A stretch of DNA of 64,000 bases from Squalus acanthias (taxonomy: Eukaryota). Location: NCBI GenBank assembly GCA_030390025.1, contig CM059432.1, positions 88,228,001 to 88,292,000 on the forward strand, read 5' to 3'. The position numbers and the translations under genes were made by a program. Each line of letters opens with the position of its first letter. Position 1 is the stretch's first letter. The notes beneath the pieces were generated by a model. It was not told the origin of the DNA and searched no databases. It worked only from the letters and a program-made list of their open reading frames with translations. Positions 38,735 to 51,644 of the stretch are shown in pieces.

Positions 38735-39330
38735 CAAAGAGTGGGGCGGGGTTACAAACTTGATGGCTGCAGACGTGACGAGACATCTGCTTGTGGAGCA
38801 TCAGAAGAGCATGAGGACTCCGGGCTCCATCAGCAATAACATGGAGCTCCTCGCAGGTATGGCCTCAGAGTCTGGGGAATGCTCAACACCAATGTCACAC
38901 AGGCGATGTTAGGGCATTGGGGCATGGAGCAGGTCACCTGGCAGGTGATGGTAAGGAAGCATTCAGGGCTTCCACTTTCATGGAAGAGTTGTGGCTTCCA
39001 GTCTCTTGCTGAGGCCTTGCGGGACCTGATGGCTGCCATCATTCCACCTACCAGGCTGATGACTAGGGCTGCAGATTAAGACTGCAGTGGCTGATGCAGT
39101 CCAAGTCTCTGCTGCTGCCATCTCTCTGGGTGGCAACACCAGCCTGGGCTCTGACCTTCCTACAGCAGGCACAGTGCCACCTGTACATGGCAGGCAGTAC
39201 AAGGCAGCTCTGGATCTCCCTCCCTGGGATGTAGACAGCACCGGCCCTGGTCCAGGAGCACACAGGCATCAGCATAAACCGAGCACAGGTCAACGACTCA
39301 TTAGCCCAGCATCTTAGCACCATGGTCCAC
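38735..39330 (+). pseudogene. Possible very old Myb exon-3 relic
   Basis: Weak similarity (atggaagag..cagtcttgctgagg.., A/Q-rich stretch) to exon 3 of elements A and G. Confidence 0.3.
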
Positions 39331-39534
39331 TTCTCCAGTCCTGGGTTTACTGGGGAATGGTGCAAGGGATTAGCTGGCCAAAGGGCTCGTCTAGGTGCTG
39401 GGGCCAAGTGGGCTGTCTCAAGGGAGATGGCGGATTGTCAATCCTGTCTCTACGACCTCCTCTTTGTCAAGGAGTGGGGAGGCTGTCTGACTGGAATGTT
39501 GTGACCCTCAATGTCATGTCCCGCTTGTTGCTGT

Positions 39535-39710
39535 TTACATAGAATTACATAGAATGTACAGCACATAAACAGGCCATTCGGCCCAACTAGTCTTTGCCGC
39601 CATTTATGCTCCACAAGAGCATCCACCCACCGCTCTGCATCTAACCCAATCTGTATATCCTTCTATTCCTTGCTCCCTCATGTGGTATCTAGCTTCCTTT
39701 TAAATTCCCC
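39535..39710 (-). mobile_element. CR1 3' end
   Basis: ttacatagaa repeat and acaggccattcggcccaac; same family as 14806. Confidence 0.8.
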
Positions 39711-39919
39711 TTTTATTTGTTAATACTGCTAATTACACACTTCTTGAGGTAAATATTTATTTATCTTTCTCAAAGTTTGTAAAAGTTGCGCAAAATTTTT
39801 GAAAGTTTACATTGTTTGAACTCAGGTTTCCAACAGTTTGTAACATTTATGGTTGTTTATTATTGTAAATTGTTCTTCATATTCCTAAACAGATTTTAAC
39901 ATTGCAGTAAAACACTTGA

Positions 39920-42900
39920 GGGCTAAAAACTCGATTAGGCACAAAAACCGACGCGGGGATCGCGATGCATGATCGGCCCGTGCTCATTCAAAGTAATGCA
40001 GGCAGCACGCGACCTTCGTGCTGTCTGCTAATTACCATGATTGCTGCGTTCAGCCCAGTGCTGAGCACGCTGCTGACTGGCTGAGCGCTCAACAGGGGGC
40101 CAAAGAGGTGCGAGGCGAGCTCTATTTAAAGCTAGCCTCCACTTCTTAAAGACAGTCTGCACCTCTTAAAGGTGAAGTGCTTTCTGCATTCAGCAGCTGC
40201 TGGAACTGCTTGTGAAGGCCACTGTGATGAATTAATGTATCAACAGGGCAGAGAAAGGGCACCAAGGTTCTGGGACGTTCTAGAGGCCTTAGTGCAGAGG
40301 GTCGAAAGAAGAAGACAGATTCTCTACCCATAGGGGTCCAGGAGGCCCTCTAGACACACAGTGAGAAGGCAGTAGGAGCAGATACCCGAAGCTGTCAATG
40401 CCAGCTGTCTTGCCCCTAGGACCTGGATCCAGTGTCGAAAGAAGTTCAATGACCTCATACGAGTGGTCAAGGTCAGCGAATGCATCTTCAAAAGCCGTCT
40501 CCCACCAACTGCACCACTAGCCTCACACACTGCTCAATGCACCTCACCCCCATCACTCACCTACCAACAATCTCTATCAATCCCAACTCATACCTCACAT
40601 TCATAGCTTCACCTCACCCTCACACACTTACCACTGCTGCAAGACTCACACCCACATCTCACACCTTGCACACACTGCCAGCTATTCAACAATGACAGGC
40701 ACATCACTCAAACACACTGTACTCACTGACACACTCCCTCTCTCTGCAGGGCAAGGTGGCTCATAACCGCAGGCAGCAGCAGCTAACTGGCGGGGGATGG
40801 GCAAGCCTGCATATCGTTACCCAGCTGGAAGAGACAGTGCTCAACATTATTGGAAGGGCCGTCACGGAGGCCATTGCGAGCAGCGAGGGAAAAACCATTG
40901 AAGATGATGGTATGCTTAAACCTAATCCTCCTTCTCACATCCCACTTCCCCCTCATCCCACAAGCTGCTGATGGTGTAAGCATGCACATCTTGCTTCCCT
41001 CATCCCCTCACCACAACCCTAACCTTGTGACATTCTCCTTTCAGACACCCAAGAGATCCAACCTGGTCAGCCATTGAAGGAAGAGCAAGAGGAGAGTGAT
41101 GGAGAAGAAGAGACACTATCACTCGCTCTCACACTCGCAGGCGCCAGCTCAGATACTGGCGCTGCGCGGTCTTTAGAGGGTAGTATAGAGGCGGGATCTG
41201 TACATGGTGCGTCACCGGGCAAGAGTGGCCTGCAGCCAGGGCAGGAGGAAAGGGTATCGCAGGTGCCAGCTCCCTGGAGGGCCAGGTCGCACACGCGTTC
41301 TGCTGCCGAGAACACATATGAGGACTTCGATGGGACGGCCTACAGAAGAAGGCTGATGGGTATGCACAAAGAAATGCTTGGTGCATTGGCAGGCCTGGCA
41401 GAGAGCCTGTTGTCACTGTCAAGGAGCATGGAGGAGTCCGGCACCAAATTTGCACAGGGCTTTGCGCAGAGCTTGGAGCCCATCCTTTCCAGCATGGATG
41501 TGATGGGCATCTCCATTCGTGCATTTGTGGACCCAACCATGATGCAGTGTCTGATGGCCGATGTCTTATTGCAGCACAAGTGGAAGCAACCCAACGTCTA
41601 AGTGCTGCAGTGGAAGCTCAGACTGTTCTCATGCAGGCTCAGCTTGCTGCCATGTAAGCTCAGACTGCTGCCATCGTGGCTGGGTTTACCAGTGTTGAAA
41701 GGGGCTTGCAGTGTCTCGCAGCAGTCCAGCAATCTGCACTCCAACAGATGGTTAGGATTGGTGAGATGCCGCCCCGGTGGAGTGGCAGTGGCTCCGTGGA
41801 GCACGAACCTACTGTCCTCTATCAGGATGACAACATTCCTGCTCCCACCCCTGCCACTCCACCAGTGCCCTTGCTGCTGCCTGTCAGCCAGTCAGCCCAG
41901 ACTGCTGCAGCCCTTGCCGAGGTGGAGCAGTCCACAGCTGGGCCTTCTAGGCCCAGAGCTGCTCGAGGTCATCCTGCAAGGCCATCTGCAGTGTCCCCCA
42001 TGGAAAGTCAGCAGCCTTCCACCAGCCATGCTGCAGTCACTGGGGTAGCACTTCGTAGGAGCACTAGGACAGGCAAAGGCACACGGAAGACAGGCACTAA
42101 GGGAATGCACAAGGGTGATTAGTTGACTTTGTTATGTAATATTGGATTGATTAATTTATAAATTTGGTTTGGAATGTTTGTTTTGTGGTGGCTTTCATTT
42201 CAGCATTGTGACCAAGAGGATGCTGTGATGTTCCGTGACAGAGGGATGGTAAGGTGGGGAAGTGTTGAGCAACTGGGATCTTGGGTTTCATTCAGGGGAA
42301 CTGGGGTCTGATGATGTGCTCACGGACAGCCCATCCGGAATGTGGATGTGCAGGCTGCATCCTCCTTTCCTCCTCCTCCTCATCTTCCTCTTCCTCTTTC
42401 TCCTCCTCCTCCTCCCTCTGCGAGCAGCTTGTCTTCTTTGCTGCCTCTGCTCCATCTCCCTGTCATGCTGCAACGCAAGGGGGACTGCAACTAGAGTGCC
42501 CATGACGGGGAGCAAGTGGTGTACTCAGTGACCTTCCATTAGTAGCCAACACCTTCCCAACGTCCAGCAGTACTCCCTGGACACTTTTAACAATTTTTGA
42601 AATCTCTTACAGCAACCCTGTTCTCCTACGAACTCTGGAAGAGCCAGTACAAAAGCAATAAGCAACTTACCTGCAAGTTGGATGTATCCCTTTAAGTAGC
42701 GCTGGTGGGGGCTCCCTCGTGCAGCTGAATGCACGTTCAGCTGTGCATGTTTAGGAGAGAGTGTTAAATGGAGCTGCGACATCGAAAATGGCAGGTCGTG
42801 CGTCAAATCAGCGTCACACATTGACTGACGTCACGATCTGCCTATTCTGCATACTGCCGGCGCACACACGTACCGTCCACACTATCACCCTCACCAAAGT

Positions 42901-42992
42901 GGCAAACAGCGTGGGCTGCGCTGGAAGTGGCCGGACGCCATTTAAAAAAAATGGACCAAAAGTGCCAGCGCTACGGAGGTGAATTTCGCGGG
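39920..42992 (+). mobile_element. Harbinger-type element G, Myb-only
   Basis: Collinear with A and B; transposase reduced to 42503-42290 (MGTLVAVPL.. fused to the acidic tail); termini degenerate. Confidence 0.87.
40235..42122 (+). pseudogene. Full-length 3-exon Myb/SANT-like ORF with several stops and a frameshift
   Basis: Exons 40235-40471, 40750-40909 and 41045-42122; RERAPRF..LEALV..TWIQCRKKFNDLIRVVK / GKVAHNRRQQQLTGGG. Confidence 0.88.
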
Positions 42993-43159
42993 TATATTTA
43001 TGCAAAATTCTTTGTATCATTTAACTTTTTCAGTCAGCATTTGTATTTATTTGTAACAATTTGCACTTGAAGTTATGAAACATTTTTCAAATAAAGCAGG
43101 TTTAAGAAAGATGAGTCTGAATCTTTTTCTGCTTGCCTGGCCCTCTTGAAGAGACGCTT

Positions 43160-43735
43160 CCTGTGGACGCTCCATGTCTGAAGGGGAGCCTTTAGCGTCA
43201 TGTGCATTCTGTCAGTCACTCCCAGCACTCTTGGGAAGCCAGCAATGCTGTAGAAGGTTTGTGCCCTCAGCCTTTGCTCCATCGCAGATATTGCAAATTT
43301 AATAAACTACCCAGCCCTAGGGAACAGGGCATCAGTCACCTGCTGAATGCAGGCCCTCACTGCCCCTTGACTAGTCCGGCACAGGTCCCATTGGATGTCT
43401 GGAATGGTCTAGACCTGTAGAAGTTGAGGGCAGGAGCACCTTCATTTCCACAGGTAAGGCTCTGATACATGTAGACCTTGACTTTAAATCACCATTAGCA
43501 AGTCGCACAGTTAGCTGATGGAATGCTTTGTAAATCACAGCCATTGTTCCTCAGACATCTCCTGGAATCTCAGTTGATGCCTGTATACTGTCTGGGTCAG
43601 GTACTTGTGAATGGGCTGCCATCTCCACTTGTGGGGCTTCACTTTTCTCCTCCTGTCTCTGGTTCTTTTCCTCCTGTTCCTCCTTCTCAATAATAATATA
43701 AAGCAGGGGTTGAGCTAAATGGCTGTCCAGAGTTA
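43160..43735 (-). pseudogene. HARBI1-like transposase N-terminal half relic
   Basis: LPVEMKVLLALNFY..FQ and FYSIAGFPRVLGVTDRMHMTLKAP. Confidence 0.75.
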
Positions 43736-44810
43736 CAAAGGACGATAATACCTTCAGTGCCTCCTGGGTCAGCTGATTTGAGTCTACTTCAGGTAATTAC
43801 AGGTGCCTGTGCGCCTGACAATCTGATTGCAATTTGTAGAGACCCTCCAAACATTCACAATTTGAAATTTGGGGTCGAGGCCAGTTTTATGGGTGGAAGG
43901 GGCGATAGACGGATGAAAAAGATCAAGGAGATTTGGGCGTATTATAATTACGTGTGTAAGTCACTTACTCCCAAAATTCCTTGATCTTTTAGGCTGCGTA
44001 ATTGATTAGCGCCCCAGTTATGCGTATCTCCGGGTGCAAATATGTAGGACATTCGAGGCTACAACATAATTACAAAGTGCAGCAGTGACATGTAGTGGCA
44101 GAAAGTAGGTTCTGCAATTTTTTTCTTCAATTTCATTATTCTACCAAAACTCTAAGATGATCTACTAAAATCATCCTTTTCTTTCACAAATAACAATTGA
44201 TCTTCAAAGGTCATGGTGGAGCAATAGCAGGAATAAAGGTGGTGTTAATATTGGAGTTAGCTATGGTCGAAGGTGTGCTGATGGTAGCTTTTGTAGTTAG
44301 GACAGTACTTGAAACAGTGCTATTGTAAAATGTTGCATTACAGTAGTTAGGTTTACAAAACCTTGATGTTTGACCACGGATTACAAAGAGTGATTAACAC
44401 TTGGAATGGTGGCAAAAATCTTAAATTCATTCAAGTTACAATTAGGCAGTGTAGATGAAAGCATAAAATTATAAAGGGATATTGATAGATTAAGTGAATG
44501 GATTTCAATGTAGGCAAATGTAAGTTCATCCACTTTGGACCTAAAAAGGATAGAACAGGGTACCTCCTAAATGGCGAAAAGCTAAAAACAGTGGAGGTCC
44601 AAAGAGACTTGGGGGTCCAGGTACAAAGATCATTAAAATGTTATGAACAGGTACAGAAAATAATCAAAAAGGCTAATGGAATGCTGACCTTTATATCTAG
44701 AGGACTAGGGTACAAGGGGGTAGAAGTTATGCTGCAGCTGTACAAAGCCCTAGTTGGACCACACCTGGAGTACTGTGAGCAGTTCTGGGCACCACACCTA
44801 GGAAGGATAC

Positions 44811-47520
44811 CTTATAGTTATGCCCCCTTGTAACAGCTACCTCCACCCGAGGAAATAGTCTCTGAACATCCACTCTATCTATCCCCCTCATCATCTTATA
44901 AACCTCTATTAAGTCGCCTCTCATCCTCCTCCGCTCTAAAGAGAAAAGCCCTAACTCCCTCAATCTTTCCTCATAAGACCTCCCCCCCAAACCAGGCAGC
45001 ATCCTGGTAAATCTCCTTTGCACTCTTTCCAATGTTTCCATGTCCTTCCTATAGTGAGGTGACCAGAACTGCACACAATATTCCAAATGTGGTCTCACCA
45101 AGGTCCTGTACAGTTGTAGCATAACCTCACGGTTCTTAAACTCAAACCCCTTAATAAACGCTAACACACTATAGGCCTTCTTTACTGCTCTATCCACTTG
45201 AGTGGCAACCTTCAGAGATCTGTGGATATGAACCCCCAGATCCCTCAGTTCCTCCACGTTCCTCAGAACCCTGCCGTTGACCCTGTAATCCTTATTCAAG
45301 TTTGCCCTACCAAAATGAATCACCTCGCACTTATCAGGGTTAAATTCCATCTGCCATTTTTCGGCCCAGCTCTGCATCCTATCAATGTCTCTTTGCAGCT
45401 TACAACAGCCCTCCACCTCATCCACTACTCCACCAATCTTGGTTTCATCAGCAAATTTACTGATCCACCCTTCAGTCCCCTCCTCCAAGTCATTGATAAA
45501 AATCACAAACAGCAGAGGACCCAGCACTGACCCCTGTGGCACACCGCTGGCAACTGGTCTCCAGTCCGAAAATTTTCCATCCACCACCACCCTCTGCCTT
45601 CTATGAGATAGCCAGTTACTTATCCAATCGGCCAAATTTCCCTCTATCCCACAACTCCTTACTTTCTTCATGAGCCGACCATGGGGAACCTTATCAAACG
45701 CCTTACTAAAATCCATGTATACGACATCAACTGCTCTACCTTCATCTACACACTTAGTTACCTCCTCAAAGAATTCAATCAAATTTGTTAGGCAAGACCT
45801 ACCCTTCACGAATCCGTGTTGACTATCCCTGATTAAGTTGCCTCTTTCCAAATGGTCATAAATCCTATCCCTCAGGACCTTTTCCATTATCTTACCAACC
45901 ACCGAAGTGAGACTAACCGGCCTATAATTACCAGGGTCATTCCTATTTCCTTTCTTGAAGAGAGGAACAACATTCGCCACTCTCCAGTCCTCTGGCACCA
46001 TCCCCGTGGACAGTGAGGACCCAAAGATCAAAGCCAAAGGCTCTGCAATCTCCTCCCTTGCCTCCCAAAGAATCCTAGGATATATCCCATCTGGCCCAGG
46101 GGACTTATCGACCCTCAGGTTCTTCAAAATTGCTAAAACATCTTCCGTCAGAACATCTACCTTCTCCAGCCTATCCACCTTTATCACACTCTCATCCTCA
46201 AAAACATGGCCCCTCTCCTCGGTGAACACTGACGAAAAGTATTCATTCATCACCTCTCCTATCTCTTCTGACTCCATGCACAAGTTCCCACTACTGTCCT
46301 TGACCGGCCCTACCCTCACCCTGGTCATTCTTTTATTTCTCACATAAGAGTAAAAAGCCTTGGGGTTTTTCTTGATCCGACCCGCCAAGGACTTCTCATG
46401 CCCCCTCCTAGCTCTCCTAAGCTCTTTTTTTAGCTCATTCCTTGCTACCTTGTACCCCTCAATCGACCCAACTGAACCTTGTTTTCTCATCCTTACATAT
46501 GCTTCCTTTTTCCTCTTGACTAGACATTCAACCTCTTTTGTGAACCATGGTTCTCTCACTCGGCCATTTCCTCCCTGCCTGACAGGGACATACCTATCAA
46601 GGACACGCAGTAATTGCTCCATGAAAAAGCTCCACTTTTCGTTTGTGCCTTTCCCTGATAGTTTCTGTTCCCATCTTATGCTCCCTAATTCTTGCCTAAT
46701 CGCATCATAATTACCCCTCCTCCAATTATAAACCCTGCCCTGCCGTATGGCCCTATCCCTCTCCATTGCAATAGTGAAAGTCACCGAATTGTGGTCGCTA
46801 TCTCCAAAGTGCTCTCCCATATACAAATCAAACACTTGGCCCGGTTCATTACCCAGTACCAAATCCAATGTGGCCCCACCTCTTGTTGGCCTATCCACAT
46901 ATTGTGTCAGGAAACCCTCCTGCACACACTGTGCAAAAACTATCCCATCTGAACTGTTTGACCTATAAAGGTTCCAATCAATATTTGGAAAGTTGAAGTC
47001 ACCCATGACAACTACTCTGTGACCTCCACACCTATTCATAATCTGCTTTGCAATTTCTTCCTCCACATCTCTATTACTATTTGGGGGCCTGTAGAAAACT
47101 CCTAACAACGTGACCGCTCCTTTCCTATTTCTAACTTCAGCCCATATTACCTCAGACGGCAGATCCCCCTCGAACTGCCTTTCTGCCGCTGTTAAACTAT
47201 CCTTGATTAACAATGCTACTCCTCCACCTTTCTTACCACCTTCCCTACTCTTACTGAAACATCGATACCCCGGAACTTCCAACAACCATTCCTGTCCCTG
47301 TTCTAACCATGTCTCCGTAATGGCCACCACATCGTAGTCCCAAGTATCAATCCACGCTCCAAGTTCTCCTACCTTATTCCGGATGCTCCTTGCATTAAAG
47401 TAGACACACTTCAAGCCACCTTCCTGTCTGCCGGTACATTCCTGCGACCTTGATACCCTCCTCAGTACCTCCCTACACTCACCACTGGCTCCTGGACTAC
47501 AGCCCTTTTTCACATCCCGC
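44811..47520 (-). CDS. CR1 ORF2: AP endonuclease plus reverse transcriptase (C-terminally truncated, FADD changed to FADE)
   Basis: YFNARSI, ITETWL, GDFNFP, SDH; NYRPVSL, DFSKAFD, GVPQGSVLGP, KFADETK; true start uncertain. Confidence 0.9.
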
Positions 47521-47527
47521 TGACAAA

Positions 47528-47923
47528 TTAGTTTAAAACCCCCCGAAGAGCCGTAGCAAATTTCCCTCCCAGGATATTGGTGCCCCTCTGGTTCAGGTGC
47601 AAACCATCCTGTTTGTACAGGTCCCACCTTCCCCAGAATGCGCTCCAATTATCCACATAACTGAAACCCTCCCCCCTACACCATCCCTGCAGCCACGTGT
47701 TTATCTGCACTCTCTCCCTGTTCCTCAACTCGCTGGCACGTGGCACCGGCAACAAACCAGAAATTACAACATGGCTTATACTGGCTCTCAGCTTCCAACC
47801 TAGCTCCCTAAATTCCTGTTTTAAATCCCCGTCCCTTCTCCTACCTATGTCGTTGGTACCGACGTGTACCACGACTTGTGATTGTTCCCCCTCCCCCTTG
47901 AGGATTCTGAAAACACGGTCCGA
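47528..47923 (-). CDS. CR1 ORF1 SGNH/GDSL esterase domain (partial)
   Basis: VHVGTND..DGLHLN motifs. Confidence 0.88.
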   Translation of the reverse strand, partial: SDRVFRILKGEGEQSQVVVHVGTNDIGRRRDGDLKQEFRELGWKLRASISHVVISGLLPVPRASELRNRERVQINTWLQGWCRGEGFSYVDNWSAFWGRWDLYKQDGLHLNQRGTNILGGKFATALRGVLN

Positions 47924-48934
47924 GAATATATTGGCCTTGGAGGGAGTGCAGCATAGGTTTACCAGAATGATACCCGGACTTCAATGGTTAAATTACGAGG
48001 AGAGATTACACAAATTAGAGTTGCATTCCCTAGAATTTAGAAGGTTAAGGGGTGATTTGATCAAAGTTTTCAAGATATTAAGGGGAACAAATAGGGTAGA
48101 TAGAGAGAAACTATTTCTGCTGGTTGGGGATTCTAGGACTAGGGGGCATAGTCTAAAAATTAGAGCCAGACCATTCAGGAGTGAATTTAGAAAACACTTT
48201 TACGCACAAAGGGTGGTAGAAGTTTGGAACTCTCTTCTGCTAATGATAATTGATGCTAGATCAATTGTTAATTTTAAATCTGAGATTGATAGCTTTTTGT
48301 TAACCAAAGGTATTAAGGGATATGGGCCAAAGGCGGGTATATGGAGTTAGGTCGCAGATTAATTATGATCTCATTGAATGGCGGAACAGGCTCGAGGGGC
48401 TAAATGGCCTACTCCTGTTCCTATGTTCCTATGTTCCTAGATGACATTCTGACTGGATAAACTAAGGTGAGCCCCCCCACCCCCCCACTGGCTTCCCTCA
48501 TTCATATTTATTTTGTGATTACTATAAAGCAATAACTTAGTTGAGTGGTTCTTGTAATATGAAGCTTGGTTGACAAAACCGTGAGATTAAATTCATGAAT
48601 TCTCTTTGCCTGAAGACAACCTATCTGAGATGACAAGCTCACCATGGGAATCATGTAGGTAAACCCATAAACCCATATCCTATTCCACAACACAGCATAT
48701 TGGTGATTCCATTCCTTTTTTTTGTCTTATAATACTCTTGTGAAGAGCCTTGGGTCATTTTATTATGTTAAAGGCGCTATATAAATACAAGTTGTTGTTG
48801 TTGTAAGGTGGGGTCTTTTAATTGTGGCACAGGGAGAGCAATCATTGTTACTTGTGCCTTAGTTTCAGTTTCTGAGCCAATCAATTTAGGTGTCTTTGAA
48901 CCTGGAGATCTGGTCTTGGCAACTGGTATGTTGC

Positions 48935-49800
48935 AGTTACCGAGCTGTGCCATCTGCTTCAAGAAGACTAATAGCCAGACTCCACCAGGACTTCTGACTC
49001 TTTTGAGGCTATCGGAGGGGTCAACTGCATTATTCGCCAATTTGCTGTTCACTGCTGTATCAAACATGATGCGGAGATGCCGGTGTTGGACTGGGGTGGA
49101 CTGCATCAAACAGGCGACTGATGCATAGTTTAGCTTTCCAACTGAGGAACAACAGCAACATAGCAGGAGTGCCCAATATCACCACATTGCAGGGTTTACT
49201 AAAGTGCACTCAATTATAATCATTGACGGCATTTATTTAGCCAGCAGGGCCCTGTGGCACAATATTAGCACCTGCAGGAACAGAAAAGTGTTTATTACTG
49301 CATAAATGTGCATCCGGTCATTCACCACCAACAACATGTCATGCACGTAATGCCTGCTTGCCAAAGAGCAGTCATAATGCTTTCATCTTAATATAACCAT
49401 CTGTGCTAGGCTTATTTGAAGGTGATGGCAGACTGGTAGGATGGCCTTAGGAGACCAAGACTACCCTCTTCAGTGCTGGTTAATGGTAGCCACAGAAAGA
49501 AGCACAGCGCAGATACAATCGAGCCAAGGATCATTATAGACTATACCACTGGCACCTTAAAACTGTGCTTCAGTTGACTTGACAGATCAGGGTGTCTTCC
49601 TGTACTGCCATTCCAGAGGCTCCAAGATCATCGTTGTTTTCTGCATGCTCCACAGCTTTCAATATGTAGAGGCCTAACCACGGAGGAGGCCAATCTGCAA
49701 ATAAAGCCACATCAGGATACATATTCAGACCGAGAGGATGTCACTGCATAAGCACCAATACAGTCAGGAAGATATCTGCACCAGGTGCTCATCCAAGAAA
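48935..49800 (+). pseudogene. HARBI1-like transposase relic (DDE region)
   Basis: ELCHLLQ..HCCIKQATDA..IAGFTKV..IDG..RNRK..GDQDYPLQCWLM..RRYNRA..LDRSG..KIIVVFCMLH. Confidence 0.78.
49067..49100 (-). mobile_element. 34-bp Penelope terminus with a 12-bp target duplication
   Basis: Identical to the terminus of the element at 34711; flanked by CTGTATCAAACA and CTGCATCAAACA. Confidence 0.85.
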
Positions 49801-49857
49801 CATTGCCTGAGATACCCCTTTAACAAACCCTGCTGTGCAAATGCCAACAGAAACTAT

Positions 49858-51644
49858 GGGGGGGTATTTTTCAGGGGGTCAGCGGGCACATTTGGTGGCG
49901 GGTCAGCTGGCAAAATTTATTTTTTGACAATGGCTAGGGAACCCACTGTCAAGCCGCCTCCACGCTAGTTTCCCAGATGTCAGGTCTGTTATCGCTGAAT
50001 AGGCCTGACAGCAAGCGGCGGGGAAGCAATTTAGATCATTAGATAGATTGTTAAGAGGCAATTATATAGTATTTTAAGCTTACCTTTAGATTTTTAGAGT
50101 TCGCCAACGGCTTCCCCGCTGTTTGGGGATCACGTCAGGTAAGGAGGTCGGGTGTTGTGTCAGCATGGGATGATTTCTTTACTTGACAGCTGCAAATGGT
50201 CTATTAAAGTTTCCATTTCAAAGGTGTTCACTTTCCAAGGTTAGAAGCTGTTGCTTACTGCATTTGGAAGACAGATTGAGCTTTATGCAGCTTGCAAGTG
50301 TTTGGACCTAACTCTCTATCCAGTGTCACCTCATTGGAACATCCTCTCTCACCATTGACAGATCGCTTCTGTCATCTCAACCTCACTTGCCATCTATTCC
50401 ATCAGCATCGGTGCCCTTGAAAAAATCTCACCTTGCTCCTCTGAATCCCAACATGATCAGCCCCAACACCAGCAGCACCAGGCACACCAGCAGCACCAAC
50501 AACAACACCAACATTCTCCACAATCAGCTGGTGCTGCACAGGACACAGGGCATCAGCACCCAACCACATTGCTGCCCGGGACGCCAAGGATGGCTTCACC
50601 ATGGCCAGATTTACTTCACCTGATGCTGTACACCCTGGCTGCCACATGACGTGCAGGTTGGCACCACCGCACAGCAACACCATAAAGCATCCCTACAATG
50701 TCCAAGCCATTCCTTTCACACTTATTGCCATTGTGGGGGGGGGGTACCGTTATGTCTCACCATTCACTGTAACTCACTAAGCCACTTCCAAAGGTGCACA
50801 CAAATCTGTCCAAGAAAGCAAAGTGTTGAAAATAAAGATTTCAATGTTTGACAGCACATTAACAGAAACTTCACATGAAGATTGGCTAAAACACCCAAGT
50901 GCCTACCCTTGTGTCTTGTTAGTTGGTATGATTGGACTAGGATGAGGGTGAGTGTCAGGGGTGGCTAGTGAGATGGGGAAGTGATAATATAGATAGAGAG
51001 GGATGGGCGGAGGTGTAAGGTAAGTTGGTGTGAGTAAGGATGTGCAGGAGTAAGGTATGGAAGGCAGAGTGATGGGGATGTGATGAGTGGCACAGCAGGA
51101 TGAGGTTGAATGTGGTTTTGCAGGAATGTTTTGTGATCTACTGAGATCATTGAAAGGTTTGCACCACTGCGGTCCTCCTAATGACATCCCTGCTTGTGTC
51201 CTCCTGTGCAATGTGCAACTAGGCTGTGTTGATCTTCTGGGGAGGTCTCTTCTGCCCATGGGAAGGGAAGAGAACCTCCCTGCGTGCTGTGACTCCCTCC
51301 ATAAGCATATGGAGGGAGTCATGGGAGAGCCTGGGTACAGCCGTGCACCTCTGTGCAGTGCTTGTTAGTGTTTGCAGCACCTCAATGCTGTAGAACACTG
51401 ACAGCACAACTGTCAAAAAATCTATTTGCGCATGGTCCCTTTAAGGAAACCGGCTGATGACGCGTCATCAAATGACATCATCAGACCCGCTTCCTTCAAT
51501 TGGCCGGGAAATGTGCTGGGCGGGCTTAACAAGCGCAATCAACATAAAATCTTTTCACAGAGCAGGATGGAGCCAGCAGTGGAGTCACACTCCGCCGCTG
51601 ACCCCAGCTGTCTCGGACCTGCCTCCGTAGGCGAAATTGCGGCC
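49858..51644 (-). mobile_element. Harbinger-type element H (Myb exon 1 relic on -, transposase stub on +)
   Basis: AVPRLSHDSLHMLMEGVTARREVLFP..FNDLSRS at 51350-51135; stub ccacattgctgccc shared with element F; end GAAATTGCGGCC. Confidence 0.78.

Larger units (their letters stand above)
44811..47923 (-). mobile_element. Young CR1 LINE, truncated at both ends
   Basis: ORF1 SGNH esterase C-terminus plus stop-free ORF2. Confidence 0.96.
44440..48438 (+). mobile_element. CR1 3' fragment (host), split at about 44810/47924
   Basis: ..PHLEYCEQFWAPHL / ILALEGVQHRFTRMIPG..; (TTCCTATG)n tail. Confidence 0.92.

Noticed and set aside
44727..47648. 973-aa ORF boundaries as given
   Set aside because: The N-terminus overlaps ORF1 out of frame and the last ~27 aa are antisense host CR1.
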